A stretch of DNA of 64,000 nucleotides from Paragordius varius (GCA_964247055.1 OZ176052.1:9548001-9612000), one strand, 5' to 3'; positions 12,301 to 26,173 are shown, counted from the first letter of the stretch. Program-made: numbers and translations. Notes: generated by a model not told the origin, from the letters alone.

Positions 12301-14703
12301 ACATCAAAGGGTATAGGTTGTATCAAAAAATTTCAGTTATTAATTAAACTAATGCTATATTATTTATCGACTAACTCATATTTCATTTTTTTAATCAATC
12401 CAAATCCTCCTACTGAAATTACACCATTTATTTTTTTATCAAATAAAAAAGGAATTATACCATTTTTTATTGCCTCTCAAAAGATATCGAATCAAGCTAC
12501 ATTTCAACTTCATTTTGTGTGTAATTTGATTTTAGACATTTAGCGTCTGTTAATACTGTTGAGATAAAAACATCTTAATACATTCAATATAATTATAGCT
12601 ATATAATTATGAAACCTCAAATTTAACATTTAATAATCGTATTAAAATGTTTAATCATTTAATAATATTTTTATCGCAAAACTTTACCAATTTACAAGTG
12701 CCCAAATCTCCATCATAACATAAGTAAAAAAGACTTGTTTCAAACTACGGCACACGCATTATGGTATATACAAATATTATAATATCGTATAGGTTCACAA
12801 AAATCATGCGATACATCATCTGCTAATAACTCCTTTTCTAAACGCATCTCATTTTCTGATGACAACAATCCCGTGAACAATAGTAAAGCGAAATTGGTTA
12901 CAAGAGAGGTGTGTCGCGTTATGTCACGCGGTACACGCACACTTGGCCAATGTCCGGAAGGTATGAGTTTTGAAAGTTTAAATCGATCTGATACGCATTA
13001 TCTAATGGCCGTATATGAAAGGAGTACTAATGTATCTTCAACAACCAATACTAATAAAGGTAATAACTATTTTTGAGCATAAAATTATTATGTATTTTTG
13101 CGGTGAACTGAAAATATTTGGTAAAATAAGCTTGCCCACTTCTCATCATAAAAATCGTATAACAATGTGCAGAAGCCTAAAATTTATTTTATACATTAAA
13201 AAGATGCATCTGGTATTAAATTAAATTACGTTTTGTGATTATTGGTTAAGAAGCCCTGCTTTGCTCTATTAAATTGGTTGAGTATTTAATTCCAATACAT
13301 TATCTATTTTTTAGTTAAGTTTTTTCCAAAAAGTTGTTTTTATTAGTTTTTTTATGATTTGATGTAACTGAATGTTAATTTTTCAATATATATATATATA
13401 TGTATATGTTATATGATTAGGTTTAATTTATGGAGTATGTTGTATTGATATAACGATTGGAACCTTTAACATTGCGCAGATATGTGGAAGTATTGATACG
13501 GTCCGGGCAGATTTAAAAAATTTGTTAACACAATTTCCACCAACCGAAGTTTTTTATAATTTTGTTATGATAAACCTTTTAATATCAATTTCAAATTAAC
13601 TTTATATTACCTTTAAGCTAATAAAAAAATACAGAACTTTTATCTACATCATCACATTTTTTCACATATAACACCAAATGTATTAAGATTCTTTTTCTAA
13701 TATCATTCAATTATCTGTAAAAATTTGTAAAATATTGTATTGTGTTTTAAATTATAGGGTCCATAAATGCCCAATTAATTTGGTGGAAAATTAAATTAAT
13801 AATATTTAAAAATGCATGATGTTATGAGTTAAGCATTTTACTCTGTTTTACATTATAGGGGGGGTGAGAATCTGTTGGAAAGCCTTTCAAACATCTAATA
13901 AAATATATATTTAGATTCTTTATGAACGAGGAAATTTATCAAAATCATCATTGCAACTTATTGAGACTCTATGCCCAGGAGTAATTAAACAAACCTTAAT
14001 ACCCCAAAAAGAGTTTTGGTCTGCGGCAGATACTTTAATGTACATTAAAGATATGAAAACTGACAATCATAAAACGATTTTGATGCAATCCACTGATATA
14101 GAATATACCCAAATTACAGAAAATTTAAATACGGTTCAACTTGGTTCAATCCCCACAAACTCTCAAATAATTGATGGAGGTACTTATTTCAATATAAAAA
14201 ATACCGATTGAGGTATTGAACACGCCTATTTTGATAAACTAAATTTTTTAAATTAGTCAAAACTTTAAAGTAGTTATTAGAAATATTGCATTCTACAAAT
14301 TATATTGTTTTTACATTTTAGATGATTTGCTATGTCTAACGGCCAAATCAGAATGGGTTTTAGCTATAAGGTGTTTAGGAGCGTGTATTTGGTATTTAAC
14401 CGATTCCCTAATTGAATCCGAAATAGTTATGCCTGAAAGTTTGGTCAACATCTGTTTACCCGTTTCAACTCATAACATTGAAAAATGTACAGGTATTTAA
14501 ATTTTAGTAATTTTATTATTTATAAATGAATATAAAATTAATTAATATATCCTTTTAACTTTAATAAACGAAAGTAAACATAAGGTAGTAAATCAAAGAA
14601 TCAGAAAATATTGATGATATGTTACGCTTTTCGTCAATAATCGCAACTAGTTTCGTGCTTGTTTGCATTTATCAGTATGATGCGACTATTTGACATAGAT
14701 TTA

Positions 14704-14739
<36 letters not shown>

Positions 14740-17700
14740 AACTTTGCAATTTCGATATAAATAAGTGTAAAACGATAAATTTAATTTAACTTAATTAAAC
14801 GGACACAAACTGAAAATTTGACCCTAATTACATTGAACAAGCTCACTTAGGGATTTCAAAGAAATCCATATAATAACTGAATTAAACACTCTTTATCAAA
14901 TAAATATAAGCTTTTAACTAAATCTTATCATATCCGTAAATTAAAATATTAAATTATTTTAATTTTGTAGATCCTTGTGTTCGGCCAAAATGTATGATAA
15001 TTGATGACATAACTATTGCGAATCTGGAAGTTTTCCCACCATTTTCTGCTAAAACTTATCATTCTACAGTTCTGGCAAAAGGGGTAATTTTTAATACGAA
15101 TTTCTAAAAATATAATCAATATTAAATTATCGAAAATTAGGTTCAAAATTGTTTTTATATAATGAGTCTTTTAAAGAATATTTATGGAAGAATTCTTAAA
15201 TTGCTTATGATATATAATTTTTAGACCGCCTAGGTCAGATAATTAAATATATTTATTTTAAAATGTTAAATAAGGAATCTATTAATGATAAACTCTAAAA
15301 TTAATATTTTATCCAGCGATTAAAGTTATGATATAATGATTCCAACTATTTTGGGCTTAATCTTGTTTAACACGCATTGGTCACACACCAACACAAATGG
15401 CTTCACGAGCCGTGTTGTGGATTAAAAAATCCGACAGGCCGCATTTGCAAAATATATGGGCATTAATAAATATTGCATTAGATTTTAAACATAAGACTGT
15501 AAAAACTACTATTTGCTGTTAAAATTTTTGCTTTTGATTGCTGAAATTTGGAAGACATATTAAGATAACAGGTTTAAGATCTGATTTAAATGATTTAAAA
15601 TATAATGTGCGATTTCTCGCGAACTACATAAATATTTCTTGAGTGCCACTGTTCTGACAAAGATATAATACAAATATATTTATTTCAAAACTAGCACTCC
15701 TTATATCAAAAATTATCCCATCACACGACAACTAATATGGGTAAACGATTGCTTAAATCATGGCTTACTTGTCCCACCCTTCAAATTGGCGTTATAAATG
15801 CAAGGCTTGATGTCGTTGAATATTTTGGTCAGATTGGAGTTATTCAATTCAATGATATAGACGCCACGCTTAAATTGATTCCTACTGATCTTGAACGCAT
15901 GGTTCAAAAAATAGTTGGATTGAGTATATTTATATGATTTATTATTTTGTTATCAAAAAGTTAAGGATGCGTACATAGCCATGACTCTTTATATTGAGAA
16001 AAAGCAAGATTAATTAATTACAGTATATCTATCCTTTTTTAACAGTTAAAAATATTTTAAATTTATACCTAATAAATGGAAAAATGATAAAATTTTACTT
16101 GTTTTAGGCTCAATGTGAGGGCTCCGAAATCCCAGGCATATTCAATTTTAACCGTTTATTTATAATTAGGTTTAAAAATCGAAAAATAGGGATCACATGA
16201 GCTAAATATTTTAAAGGGGCTTTTTATTTTTTAGGGGGCGATTCATCATGCTAAAAATTGGAATTTTTAGATATGTTAAAGAATAATAACCGGTTTCACC
16301 GTTTTACAATGCAGTTATGATCAGTGAATTAAGACTGCAAGTGAATATATATGTTGTAATGTAATTAATGGGGAAAAATTCACTCGGGAATAATTTTGCC
16401 TACTATCTAGATAAGCTTGATTATTTTTGACAATATATTAATATATACCATTTTTTGTTTATACCATCATATTTTTAACGGGTTCCTTTTTAAAAGTTAT
16501 TATAATGCATAATATGATTTACTTAAAATAAACTTATTTTAAAATATAAATTATGAAAATTTTTAGGCCGAGAAAAATCGTCAGATCATCCCGAGACCCG
16601 CGCAGTTTTGTTTGAAGAAATTCAATATAGTCGGAAAAAAATAACTGATTTTGTTTCCGTCTTAAGTGGAATAACTTATGTGAGCGAAATAATGCTCTCA
16701 CTCAAAAAGATGTTGGAAAGGTAAAATATATATTCTTTTATTTTATTCAATAAGATTATTACTTGACATCTAAAAACCCGATTTCTTTATTGAAATAACT
16801 ATATTCGCAAGCACATTTAATATTTTTTAGTAGCAATGAAAACTGTCCCGCAATATTGTCATCTATGTGCAATCCACAATTAAAAGATTCGAATAATAAT
16901 CAAAATGTTAACGTTTGGATCTATGCCAAACAATTTGTTCAAACTTTCCAAAACGATTATGATTTCGAGCAAGCAAAGAAGGATGGTTTATTATCTCCTC
17001 AACCAGGTAATTTCCACATTTATCGCATAAAATAATGAATATATTTCAAATTTTTGAATATAATTACCCCCCCCCCCTCCTCCACATAAAGTGTATAAAA
17101 TAATTTAACACTGAGTTATTAAATATATTTAAGAAATACGTATCTAAATATTATAATTATTCAAATAACGCTAAATTAATTGAAATTTTGTTATATTTTT
17201 TTTCATGCCGGATATTGAGCCTTTTATTTTTTCCATCATCAGACAGGCTCATAAAATGTAATTAATTATTTTATTGCAGGATTAATCCCTGATTATGATT
17301 CGGCTCAAACAGTGTGTCATACGCTAGAGGCTTGGTTTGATGATTACATGAAAAATGTTGCAAAAGATTTTGATATACCCATAAAGGCTCTTTCCTATTG
17401 GGGAACTGGTAAAAACAGATATCAAATACAGATTGCGGATGAATACACTCATTTGGTACCAGATCATTTTGAGTTACGGAGTCAGGTATAGGCAAAAACA
17501 TATAATAATTTTCTATTGCATTAATACAGTGGTCTCCAACACACTTTGTTTGGTAGGCAAAAGTGCTTTCAAAAATGTTAAATAATAAATACATAAGAAA
17601 TTGGATTTCAATCAAAAATTTACGATTACTTAGAAGATATATTATCCAAAATTGAGCTCAAAATATATAAATAAAGCAAAAATTGTTAAAGCAGCCCGTG

Positions 17701-20700
17701 CGCTAAATATCTGTGTTGGGCACTCTTTAATATATTTTTGATCCCAAAATAACTTTGACCGCTTTAAAATGCGGTTATTTAAGATAAGCGGTCATCATTA
17801 ATAAAAATGTAAAATTAATGTTGTAATAACGAAACTACATAATTAAGTAACCGTTTGAATGTTTTAATAGTAATACTTTAATGATTCATTAAAATTTAAA
17901 AAATTTCGAGACGCCACAATTTTTAATACTAGATTTAGGCATATTACCTATTAATTTTAAGGTGAAAAACATACTTTAACCGTACAATCACGCTCATACA
18001 TTTATAACTGGGCACACTTAACACAAAATCTATTTTTAATACCATAAACAAAAATATATAATTATTAATTTATTGGATGAAACCTTTTCTTAGAAATATT
18101 TGTCAAAACGTCCGGACAAATTTATTATGTTCTTTAATATTATTGACGAAATGCATTCAGCTGTAAATTTTCGTGCAATCAAATATCTGTGCGTCTAAAA
18201 CTTATGGATACCAATTAGAAAATGATATAGCACTTATCATTTTAAATAAATGTTTTGATTCATAATTAATAGAATGCGTTTGTTACTTAATTTGGGCAAA
18301 TAAATTAATATTAAATTTTTTATAGAAAAAAGGAGCCCGTCGCTACAAAACTAAAGAAATGGATGAAAAGTTATTACAATTACAAGATGCGGAATACCAA
18401 CGCGATCAAGGATTGGCTCAATCTGTCCGACACATCTTTGCGAATTTCGTTAAACAGTAAAAATTTAGTTATATTATACAAAGATGGATATTATTTAATA
18501 TAGTAAAATTAAAATTTAAAAAAAACCGTATTTTATATTTTTCATCAAAACTATATGATTACATTAAAATGAGGTATCATTTTGCATTTTTAATCCGCTT
18601 TTAAACTCAAAACGATAAGTTATATAAAAAATTTAGGTTTAAAAATTAGCCTTATACGTTTTATGTTTTTTCTTTTTGCAACGCTTTGTAGTAAAGATAT
18701 TTGGAATTTCACTACTCAATGTATTGCAAAATTGGATGTCTTGATGGGTTTTGCAAAATATGCGTTTTATTCCGGAAGTTCACTCTACAAGTTAATTTTT
18801 ATACCCATAATTATGAGTTTACGATTTAGCTTACCATTTTTCATTCAAAAACAATTTAAACAATATTTTATTTATTTTAAAGCAATATTTTTGATTAAAT
18901 TGCCTTAAATTAAAACTTTCAGCGTATATAAACTCTAAAAATTGTGAACCGAGAATAGTAAGAATTATTTTTTAAGTTCGTATAAAATGACATTCACATA
19001 ATTTTTCTTTTTTATATTAACTTGAGCATATCAAAATGTAAATTATAATGAAGATTCAACTTTATTATGGAGAGAGCCATTTTAACACAAGCTAAATAAA
19101 GTAATATTTCGGGCTCTTGTTACGATATCCGCAATATTTTTCTTGGATCCGCCCTTCTATCTTGTTTGAATGAAGTGTAAGTTATCCTATATCATCTTAA
19201 TAATTTTTCAGTTAAAATGAAATTTTTCAATCAAAGACAACGTTTAAATCAAGTGCAACTTCAATCAAAAGGTTCATATGTAAAAGAGACCAAAATATCT
19301 TTTTGATTTCAGTCGTGTTTCAAAATGTTCATGTTTTTAATAATGTTAAAGCGCTTTAAAATTTTAGGAGAAATTTTAATTTTTATGGACAATGCACCCA
19401 TACTCAAAAAAGGAAAAATTGAACGATATAATTTTCAATTTTGTATAAGAGAACTATATTCACACCAATTCATCATTCATATTACATCCTTACGTTTCCT
19501 TACCAAATAATAAATTTTTGTCGACGAGATCGTTTAGCTAATCTAATAATCATGATTGTATAAGCGTTTCCTTAAAAAAAGCTATCACCATTCTTATGAT
19601 TGAAACCAATATTTCAATTGAATGGTCAACACTGTAATGAACTTGGCCTGCCTCACTATAAAGGAATTTGTTTTTATAATAATAAATTGATATTGGTATA
19701 TGCGTAATTAAAAATCGTCATTACTACTAGTAATCGTAAATTCATGTTTAAAATGAATTCAATTATCGCTGAATTCAAATAACTCCAATTTATTCTAAAA
19801 CAATTTATTCTGATTTAAACAGTTAAAAAACCTAATGAATAGTTAAAATATAAAAATGTAATCTTTTTACAAAATGAAAAATGTTGTATTTGAGTAAAAA
19901 TGGTGATATCAAATGAAAAATGTAAACATGTATTTTTTTTAAAGGTGCCGACCCATCATCTATGCATTTAACAATAAAAATTCTTTCCTAAAATTTATGA
20001 ATTGCACGCATCCATGTATGGATAAAAATACATATGCCGATGGTGATTTTATACCTAACGATATTGTGATGTATAAAATGCCTAATAGCGATTCCAATAC
20101 CGATGGAGACACTACAAATGACACCTTTGAGAAAATAATTATTTTAACTGGTATTTATTTAGGAAACAAATTGAAAATATAAAATTTTGCAATATATTTT
20201 GAAAATTTTCAAGCATATAGTTAACAGTATTTTTAATAAATCTCAAAGAATTTTATATTTTTGTACCATATATATTAAATTATTTAACAGGTCCTAATAT
20301 GGGAGGTAAATCGACCTTGTTACGCCAGGTCGGATTGATTACCATAATGGCCCACATAGTAACTTTTTTATCATTATTTATTTTTTTGAAAAACTGTTTG
20401 ATAAAATATTTTTGACCTTGATATAATTTAATATTAGAAATAATTTTTTTTTCATAATTAATATTTTTCGAATGTTTTGAATTTGATTTGTATATATATA
20501 GGGTTGTTATGTACCAGCTCAACATTGTGAAATAAGTCTTGTAGATAGAATTTTCACCCGATTAGGGGCCAAAGATAACATTATGGGTGGGGAGAGCACA
20601 TTTTACATTGAACTTAAAGAAACATCAAACATTCTACATTATGCAACATCGAACTCACTTGTACTCATCGATGAACTAGGTAAAAACTTGTAAAAAAGGA

Positions 20701-21904
20701 AAGTTATTTAATTTTATATAACAATCAATGTGTACATGCACAAATTAATACAAAACGCTATATATAACACAGGCCTGTATTATGTAAAGGGCTTAAATTG
20801 TATTAATTTTGTTCCTACCTTTGCAAAGTAAAAGCTTCTAAGGAATTTTTATAAATAATAAAATTAATTTTTTTAAGGAAGAGGCACGGCCACATTCGAT
20901 GGAGTCGCTATAGCTGATGCTGTTATCAAGTACATCCAAAACGAAATAAAATGCCGCACTATATTTTCTACACATTACCACATGCTCGTGAAAGATATTC
21001 AAGATTTACCATCCATATCTTTGGCTCACATGGTTTATTTTAAGCGCACATTTTTCGAAAAGATATTTCAAAATTTGTTCAAGAGTGTCCTTGAACACTT
21101 CAAGTTGGTCCTTGAACATTTCAAGTTGGTCATTGAACACTTCAAGTTGGTCCTTTGACTTTTTTGTTTTATTTTTAACTTTTATCAATCAAATCGTAAA
21201 TAATTCATCTATTTTATTGTTTTTAACCTATTTTCTAATATTTAACATAAATTTAATCGATATCAACTTTTAATCTTTAAGAAACCGTATATCTTTATTA
21301 ATTTCTTAAAATAATTTTGATTTATAAGATTTTAACACGAAATCAAAAAATATATAAGTTTTCTGGGTTATTAATTAAAATTTTTCATTAAAAACATTTA
21401 AAAGTCAAATAATTTTGTTCAATTGAAAAAAAATAGTTTGAAACAAAAAAGTGGTTTTTCAATAAAAAATTTTAATAAAAGATTATATATAATAAATAAA
21501 GAAAATTAGGTTAAAAAATAGTAAAATAAAAAAATAAATGCAAAAATTATTAAATCAAAATTTGTAAATTTTAAGGACCAACTTGAAGTGTTCAAGGACA
21601 CTCTTGAAGTGCAAATGGTATATATTGATAAATATCAATCTTTAAGGCATGTTACGTTGATACACAAGAAGACACGTTAGAGGAAAATGGTAATAATAAT
21701 AATAATAATAATCAAAACGATCATAAAACAGTAGATGATAACAAAGCAATAACCTTTTTATATAAATTAAAACCTAACGCATGTCCAAATAGTTATGGTT
21801 TTCATGCGGCACTCCTGGCCGGTATGCCCAAAACTATCGTTCAAAAAGCATTTAAGCGGGCTAAAGAATTTGAATCACAATTCCAAAGTATGGCAATCCA
21901 ATAA
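9303..21904 (+). CDS. MSH6: DNA mismatch repair protein MSH6 (25 exons)
   Basis: N-terminal PIP-box-like QTSLLKFF and a PWWP-like segment. Mut[13 protein letters not shown] and AHSGFPE; [10 protein letters not shown]; [12 protein letters not shown]; Walker [10 protein letters not shown]; Walker [16 protein letters not shown]; FSTHYH; CPNSYGF. 24 GT-AG introns with donors at 9548, 9717, 9761, 9837, 10029, 11289, 11752, 11977, 12311, 13060, 13549, 14180, 14493, 15084, 15924, 16721, 17007, 17486, 18457, 18791, 20151, 20359, 20680, 21033. Confidence 0.95.
21081..21620. mobile_element. Foldback MITE FB-1 in the last MSH6 intron (left end degraded)
   Basis: 21-bp unit TTCAAGTTGGTCCTTGAACAC repeated at 21081-21155, with an inverted copy at 21574-21620 ending AAATGGTA followed by TA. 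Same family as 51741-52150. Confidence 0.75.
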
Positions 21905-22002
21905 AAATTGCGACAACAATAAATGCCTTAATTGCAAAAGCAATAAATTTATTAAGATATGATCTCACATAAATGTGTACACTAAAGTGTGTAATTCCTA
22001 AA

Positions 22003-25000
22003 TCAAAATTTATGTTTCCTTTTCCTTCCACTGTATTTTGAATCTCTTGCAACTTTTCTATTGTTATAACAAAAATATTTTGAATGATAATATTTTTAAA
22101 GATATTAATAAACAAATAAATGAATATACTTTCCACGTTTCATCCAAACTATTTTTTTTGCTTGAATCCATGATTTGTCATGTTTTTTATTGTTTTTATG
22201 TTTTCTGAGATGTTTGTTTTTGTTCTTTGTCCATTTGTTCGCTAAAATGCTAAAAAGTCGAAAGTATGATATCAATGTATGATAAGTTAATAGTGTAATG
22301 GTTCAAAATATAATAACCGCTGTGACAACTTATTAATTAAAAATTAGTATTCTATATATTATTATAAAAATAAAAATTTACCAATAAAATCGCTATATAG
22401 CAAACAATTAATAAATGATTGAGTAAATTTAATAAATAAGTTTAACAGTAAATATTCAGTTATAAAATGTGCAAAAAAATTGGATGATAGAAGGTAACGT
22501 AGAAAAATCTGGGGGGGAGATTAGAAACGACTAAAAATTATGTTAAAATACATAATGTTTATTATTATGATCTGATATAAAATTTAAATAATAACGCAGT
22601 ATTGGGAATAATCATTGCTTTATATTCACACATATTGTATCTAATTATTATTTTTTGATATATTATGATGTATAGCGTTAAAAAGCTAAAAATACAAAAA
22701 ATTTATAATAAATTTTATATTTTTATCTTTGTTTTTTTTAGGGAGGAGTGGGGGAGGGAACGCAAGATTTTTTTTAATTTGGTGGGCTGTGAAAATAAAA
22801 AAAGGTTGGGAACCACTGGGTTTAAACTCAAAATTTAATATGATGGAATATATTTAAAAAAATAATTTTACCATTTTGGTTTAGCGCCATCATCTTCCTC
22901 TAAATATAGTATAAAGTTTGTTGGTTATATAAAATAAAAAAATTTTTGAGAGATAAAAAATATATAATAATGATAAACCTGATTCCGATGATTCCTGTGA
23001 ATCAATAGCAGAGTTATTACTATCAACACTAAATTTATAAAGTAAATAAAAACATTTTGTAACAAAAAAATATTTAATTTTTTTGTTTCAATATCTGCCT
23101 AAAGTATAACCTATACTTAAATTATCAATCAAAAATGATAATTTGCAGATGTAATTAATAAAATACCCAAAAGTAAAATTATATAAAATGGTTTCTGAAC
23201 ATTTTAAAACTATATTAAATACTTCATATCATCGTTCATTTCGTTAGCGGAGCTTGAAGAATTATCCATATCGTAATTAGGCATTTCACCTAAATTTTTC
23301 GTTTGTTTCTTATGTTTGGATGAAAATTTTGTTTTTGGCATGGGTAATTTAAAATGTAGGTTTGTACCAGCAGATAAACACAAATATATTCTATAAGGTA
23401 TTAATGTGAATATTGTTTAACAAAATATAGCATTTCGGATAACATACACCAAAAAGGGTCTTTATTAAACATTTATTTAAAAACCTTTGTACACATATAC
23501 AGTCATGTATCCTTTATTTTATCAAAAATTTATTTATTTTCGTTAAATGGGTCTAAATATTTGGTAAAGAATGGAAAAAACAAAAGCTCTATGGTAATTC
23601 TTATACTTTTTTGATGAATATGATATTATTAATACCATAACGTTCCTTTTTTTCATTCTTTAACAAAATATATACCCATTTAAAGAAAGAAAATAATTTT
23701 TGATAAAATAAAGGATACATGACTGTATATTTATAGATGGCTTTGTATTGAGTTTTGTGAATTATTTACAGCAATAAATATTTTGTTTTCTATAGTTCGA
23801 GGTTAAATTAAGTTAATAATTTCAAACAAAACATAACCGTCTTGAAATTAAAACAACTTAAAATAATGCAACTTTTATTGAAACTATAATAAACAATATC
23901 AAATAAAGCACGTAATTATTAACCGAAGTTACCTGACAATTAAATTATTTACAGAACGTAAACATTCACGTAAAGTATAAATAAAAATATAAGAAAATAA
24001 AGTATACTTTTTAGCCTTATTACTGTTTGGATAATCTATGACTAGGCCACCCGTGAACCCCGCTTTCATGGCGCTTTTAGTAATTAATTCCATCTAATAC
24101 ATTTAATATGTATATATAAATTCACAATATAAAAATCAATTATAAATATATAAGTTTATAAGATTATATACTTGTGTGTCACTCTCTGGATATATTTGGA
24201 ATACTGCTCTTGCATTACGCTTCTAATATTAAATTTATGTTTATATATAAATATTATTAGTTATGATTATAGAGTTTAAAAATTGAATTAATAACTAAAA
24301 ATTACCAATGACGAATAAAGTGTCATAAAAAATTTGTATAATCTTTTGTGGATGGATTCATCTTTTCGGTTTGAACAACATAACCATTGTAAAGCTGAGA
24401 TACTAATATTGATGAAAAAATATACCCTTAACTTGTATTTAAGTACTTAATTTAATAAACACATCTCCAAAAAATTTCTTAATTAATAAAAACGCCGATT
24501 TGTCTTCTGTAGAAAATTAATAAATATAAATTTTTACCTGATAACACCATCAAATGTTCCAGGTTTAAAAGGTATCCCATCACCCATATCACTGAGTATT
24601 AAATCACCTTCAACACCCCGCTCTCTTGATACATCTATACAACAATATTAAATTAGTATATTGTCTAAAAAGACGTAATGCAAAGTTGACATGGTCCTAC
24701 TATAAAAGGTGTGTAAATAGAGCTATAAAGAAATTTATTTAAATAAATGCAACAAATGTGTTAAAATGGAAATTCGCATAATTTTAGCAAACAAATTTTA
24801 ATATTGACCTTTTCTAATGTAATTGAACAACAACCCATTTAAATAATATATTCTCCTTTTTGACTGTGATTAATATATTATAATAACACAGTTTTAAAGC
24901 ATTAAAATGTTGTTTCTATATACCTAACATATTTTGGCTTATATCCATTCCAATCCAACTGTGTCCGGCTTCGGTTAAAACTGCTCCGCTTAATCCAGTA

Positions 25001-25229
25001 CCACATCTTACATTTAATATTAAATTAAACCCAATATCCAGAATAAATGAAGGTTTAGCCAAAGATAACAGTTCGATTGCACGTTCACTCATTTCAGTTT
25101 GTATTTGAATGATACGAGAACTAACTTTTAAAATAAGTAATAAAACCTATTAGAATATTTAATAGATTCTCTTTCGTCATAAAAATTTTCGGGAGGACCA
25201 GCATATTCGGGCCTTTTAATTTTAGGCAT
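22003..25229 (-). CDS. BUD23: 18S rRNA m7G methyltransferase BUD23/WBSCR22 (12 exons)
   Basis: Exons 25229-25147, 25120-25031, 25006-24924, 24634-24538, 24402-24306, 24222-24172, 24093-24008, 23390-23223, 23028-22979, 22899-22872, 22249-22130, 22057-22003. Motifs: [80 protein letters not shown]-terminal [13 protein letters not shown]. Missed by the ORF track. Confidence 0.94.
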
Positions 25230-25258
25230 GCTATTTTTAATGTGTGCGTGAATAACAC
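25230..25258. promoter_or_regulatory. 29-bp divergent intergenic region between BUD23 and ELOF1
   Basis: GCTATTTTTAATGTGTGCGTGAATAACAC lies between the two ATGs. Regulatory role is inferred. Confidence 0.55.
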
Positions 25259-25546
25259 ATGGGTCGAAAAAAGAGCAAAAGAAAACCTCCCGCTAAACAA
25301 AAGGCGATTCAACCTTTGGAAAGCCAATTTGACTGTCCTTTTTGTAATCATGAAAAATCTTGTGATGTAAAAATGTAAGTTTGTCTATTTTATATTAGGG
25401 ATCGTGCTAGAAATACGGCTGTAATAACATGCAGGGTTTGTTTAGAAGAATTTTCTACTACTATAAACTATTTATCAGAACCAATGGATGTTTATTGTGA
25501 TTGGGTTGATGCTTGTGAACAAGCTAATCAAGTGGATAAAGAATAA
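25259..25546 (+). CDS. ELOF1: Transcription elongation factor 1 homolog (2 exons)
   Basis: Exons 25259-25374 and 25399-25546 give [87 protein letters not shown]. It has the Elf1 zinc ribbon CPFCNH..CRVC. Confidence 0.96.
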
Positions 25547-25562
25547 ATATTTATTTAAAATA

Positions 25563-26173
25563 TTATAAATCTTCACGATTATTTAATAATTTTTTGATAT
25601 GCGGAACCAGTTCTATTGGGTTTGTTGTTGGTCCCCAGCTTCCTACAATTTGTCCATTTTGATTTATTAAATATTTCCAAAAGTTCCACGTTGGTGGTTG
25701 TGAATGTTCTAAATATTAAATTTAAATACCAGCTAAATACAACCACAGTGGCTCTACGTTTTCCCAACCGCGAGATATTATGTCAACTTTTTCACATAGC
25801 GGAAAATTAATATGATATTTGGAAGTTGCAAAGGATTTAATCATTTCATTTGAGTCAGGTTCCTATAATTATCAAAAATATACTTGCTCCCAAAATTGAT
25901 TGCATGGAAACGCCAAAATTATAAAACCATCTTTAAACTGATCTTGCAAAGAAACCAATTCTCTATAATGGGTATCCGTATAACCGCATTTACTAGCAAC
26001 ATTTACTATGAGCAAAACCTATAGTAATTTAAGTCCGATACTTTTCCTTTGTAAACATCCAATTTTACCGAGTTCCCGTCTATATCTTTCACTGTATAAT
26101 CATAAACAGATTTATTTCCCGATATTGTAGGACAATGGATTATTATATGCAAAAAAAATATTTTCAACAACAT
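25563..26173 (-). CDS. GPX7: Cysteine-type ER glutathione peroxidase, GPX7-like (4 exons)
   Basis: Exons 26173-26042, 26018-25884, 25862-25730, 25708-25563. Signal-peptide-like N-terminus; VNVASKCG with a TGC (Cys, not Sec) codon; AFPCNQF; PTWNFWKYL; C-terminal REDL ER-retention signal. The GPX7 versus GPX8 call rests on the signal peptide and REDL. Confidence 0.88.

Noticed and set aside
16108-16135. Possible extra MSH6 mini-exon (AQCEGSEIP) with a GC donor
   Set aside because: Direct splicing of 15923 to 16567 already gives [18 protein letters not shown], matching orthologs, so no extra exon is needed.
21006-21273. ORFs KDQLEVF... and SLNTSSW...
   Set aside because: They derive from FB-1 21-bp repeats in an MSH6 intron. 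The same applies to 59354-59551 (FB-2).
21861-22136. 91-aa minus-strand ORF overlapping the MSH6 3' end
   Set aside because: The true coding frame here is the last BUD23 exon ([17 protein letters not shown]) in a different frame.
25995-26005. Selenocysteine recoding in the GPx gene
   Set aside because: The peroxidatic codon is TGC (Cys). The in-frame TGA at about 25873 lies inside a 21-nt intron.
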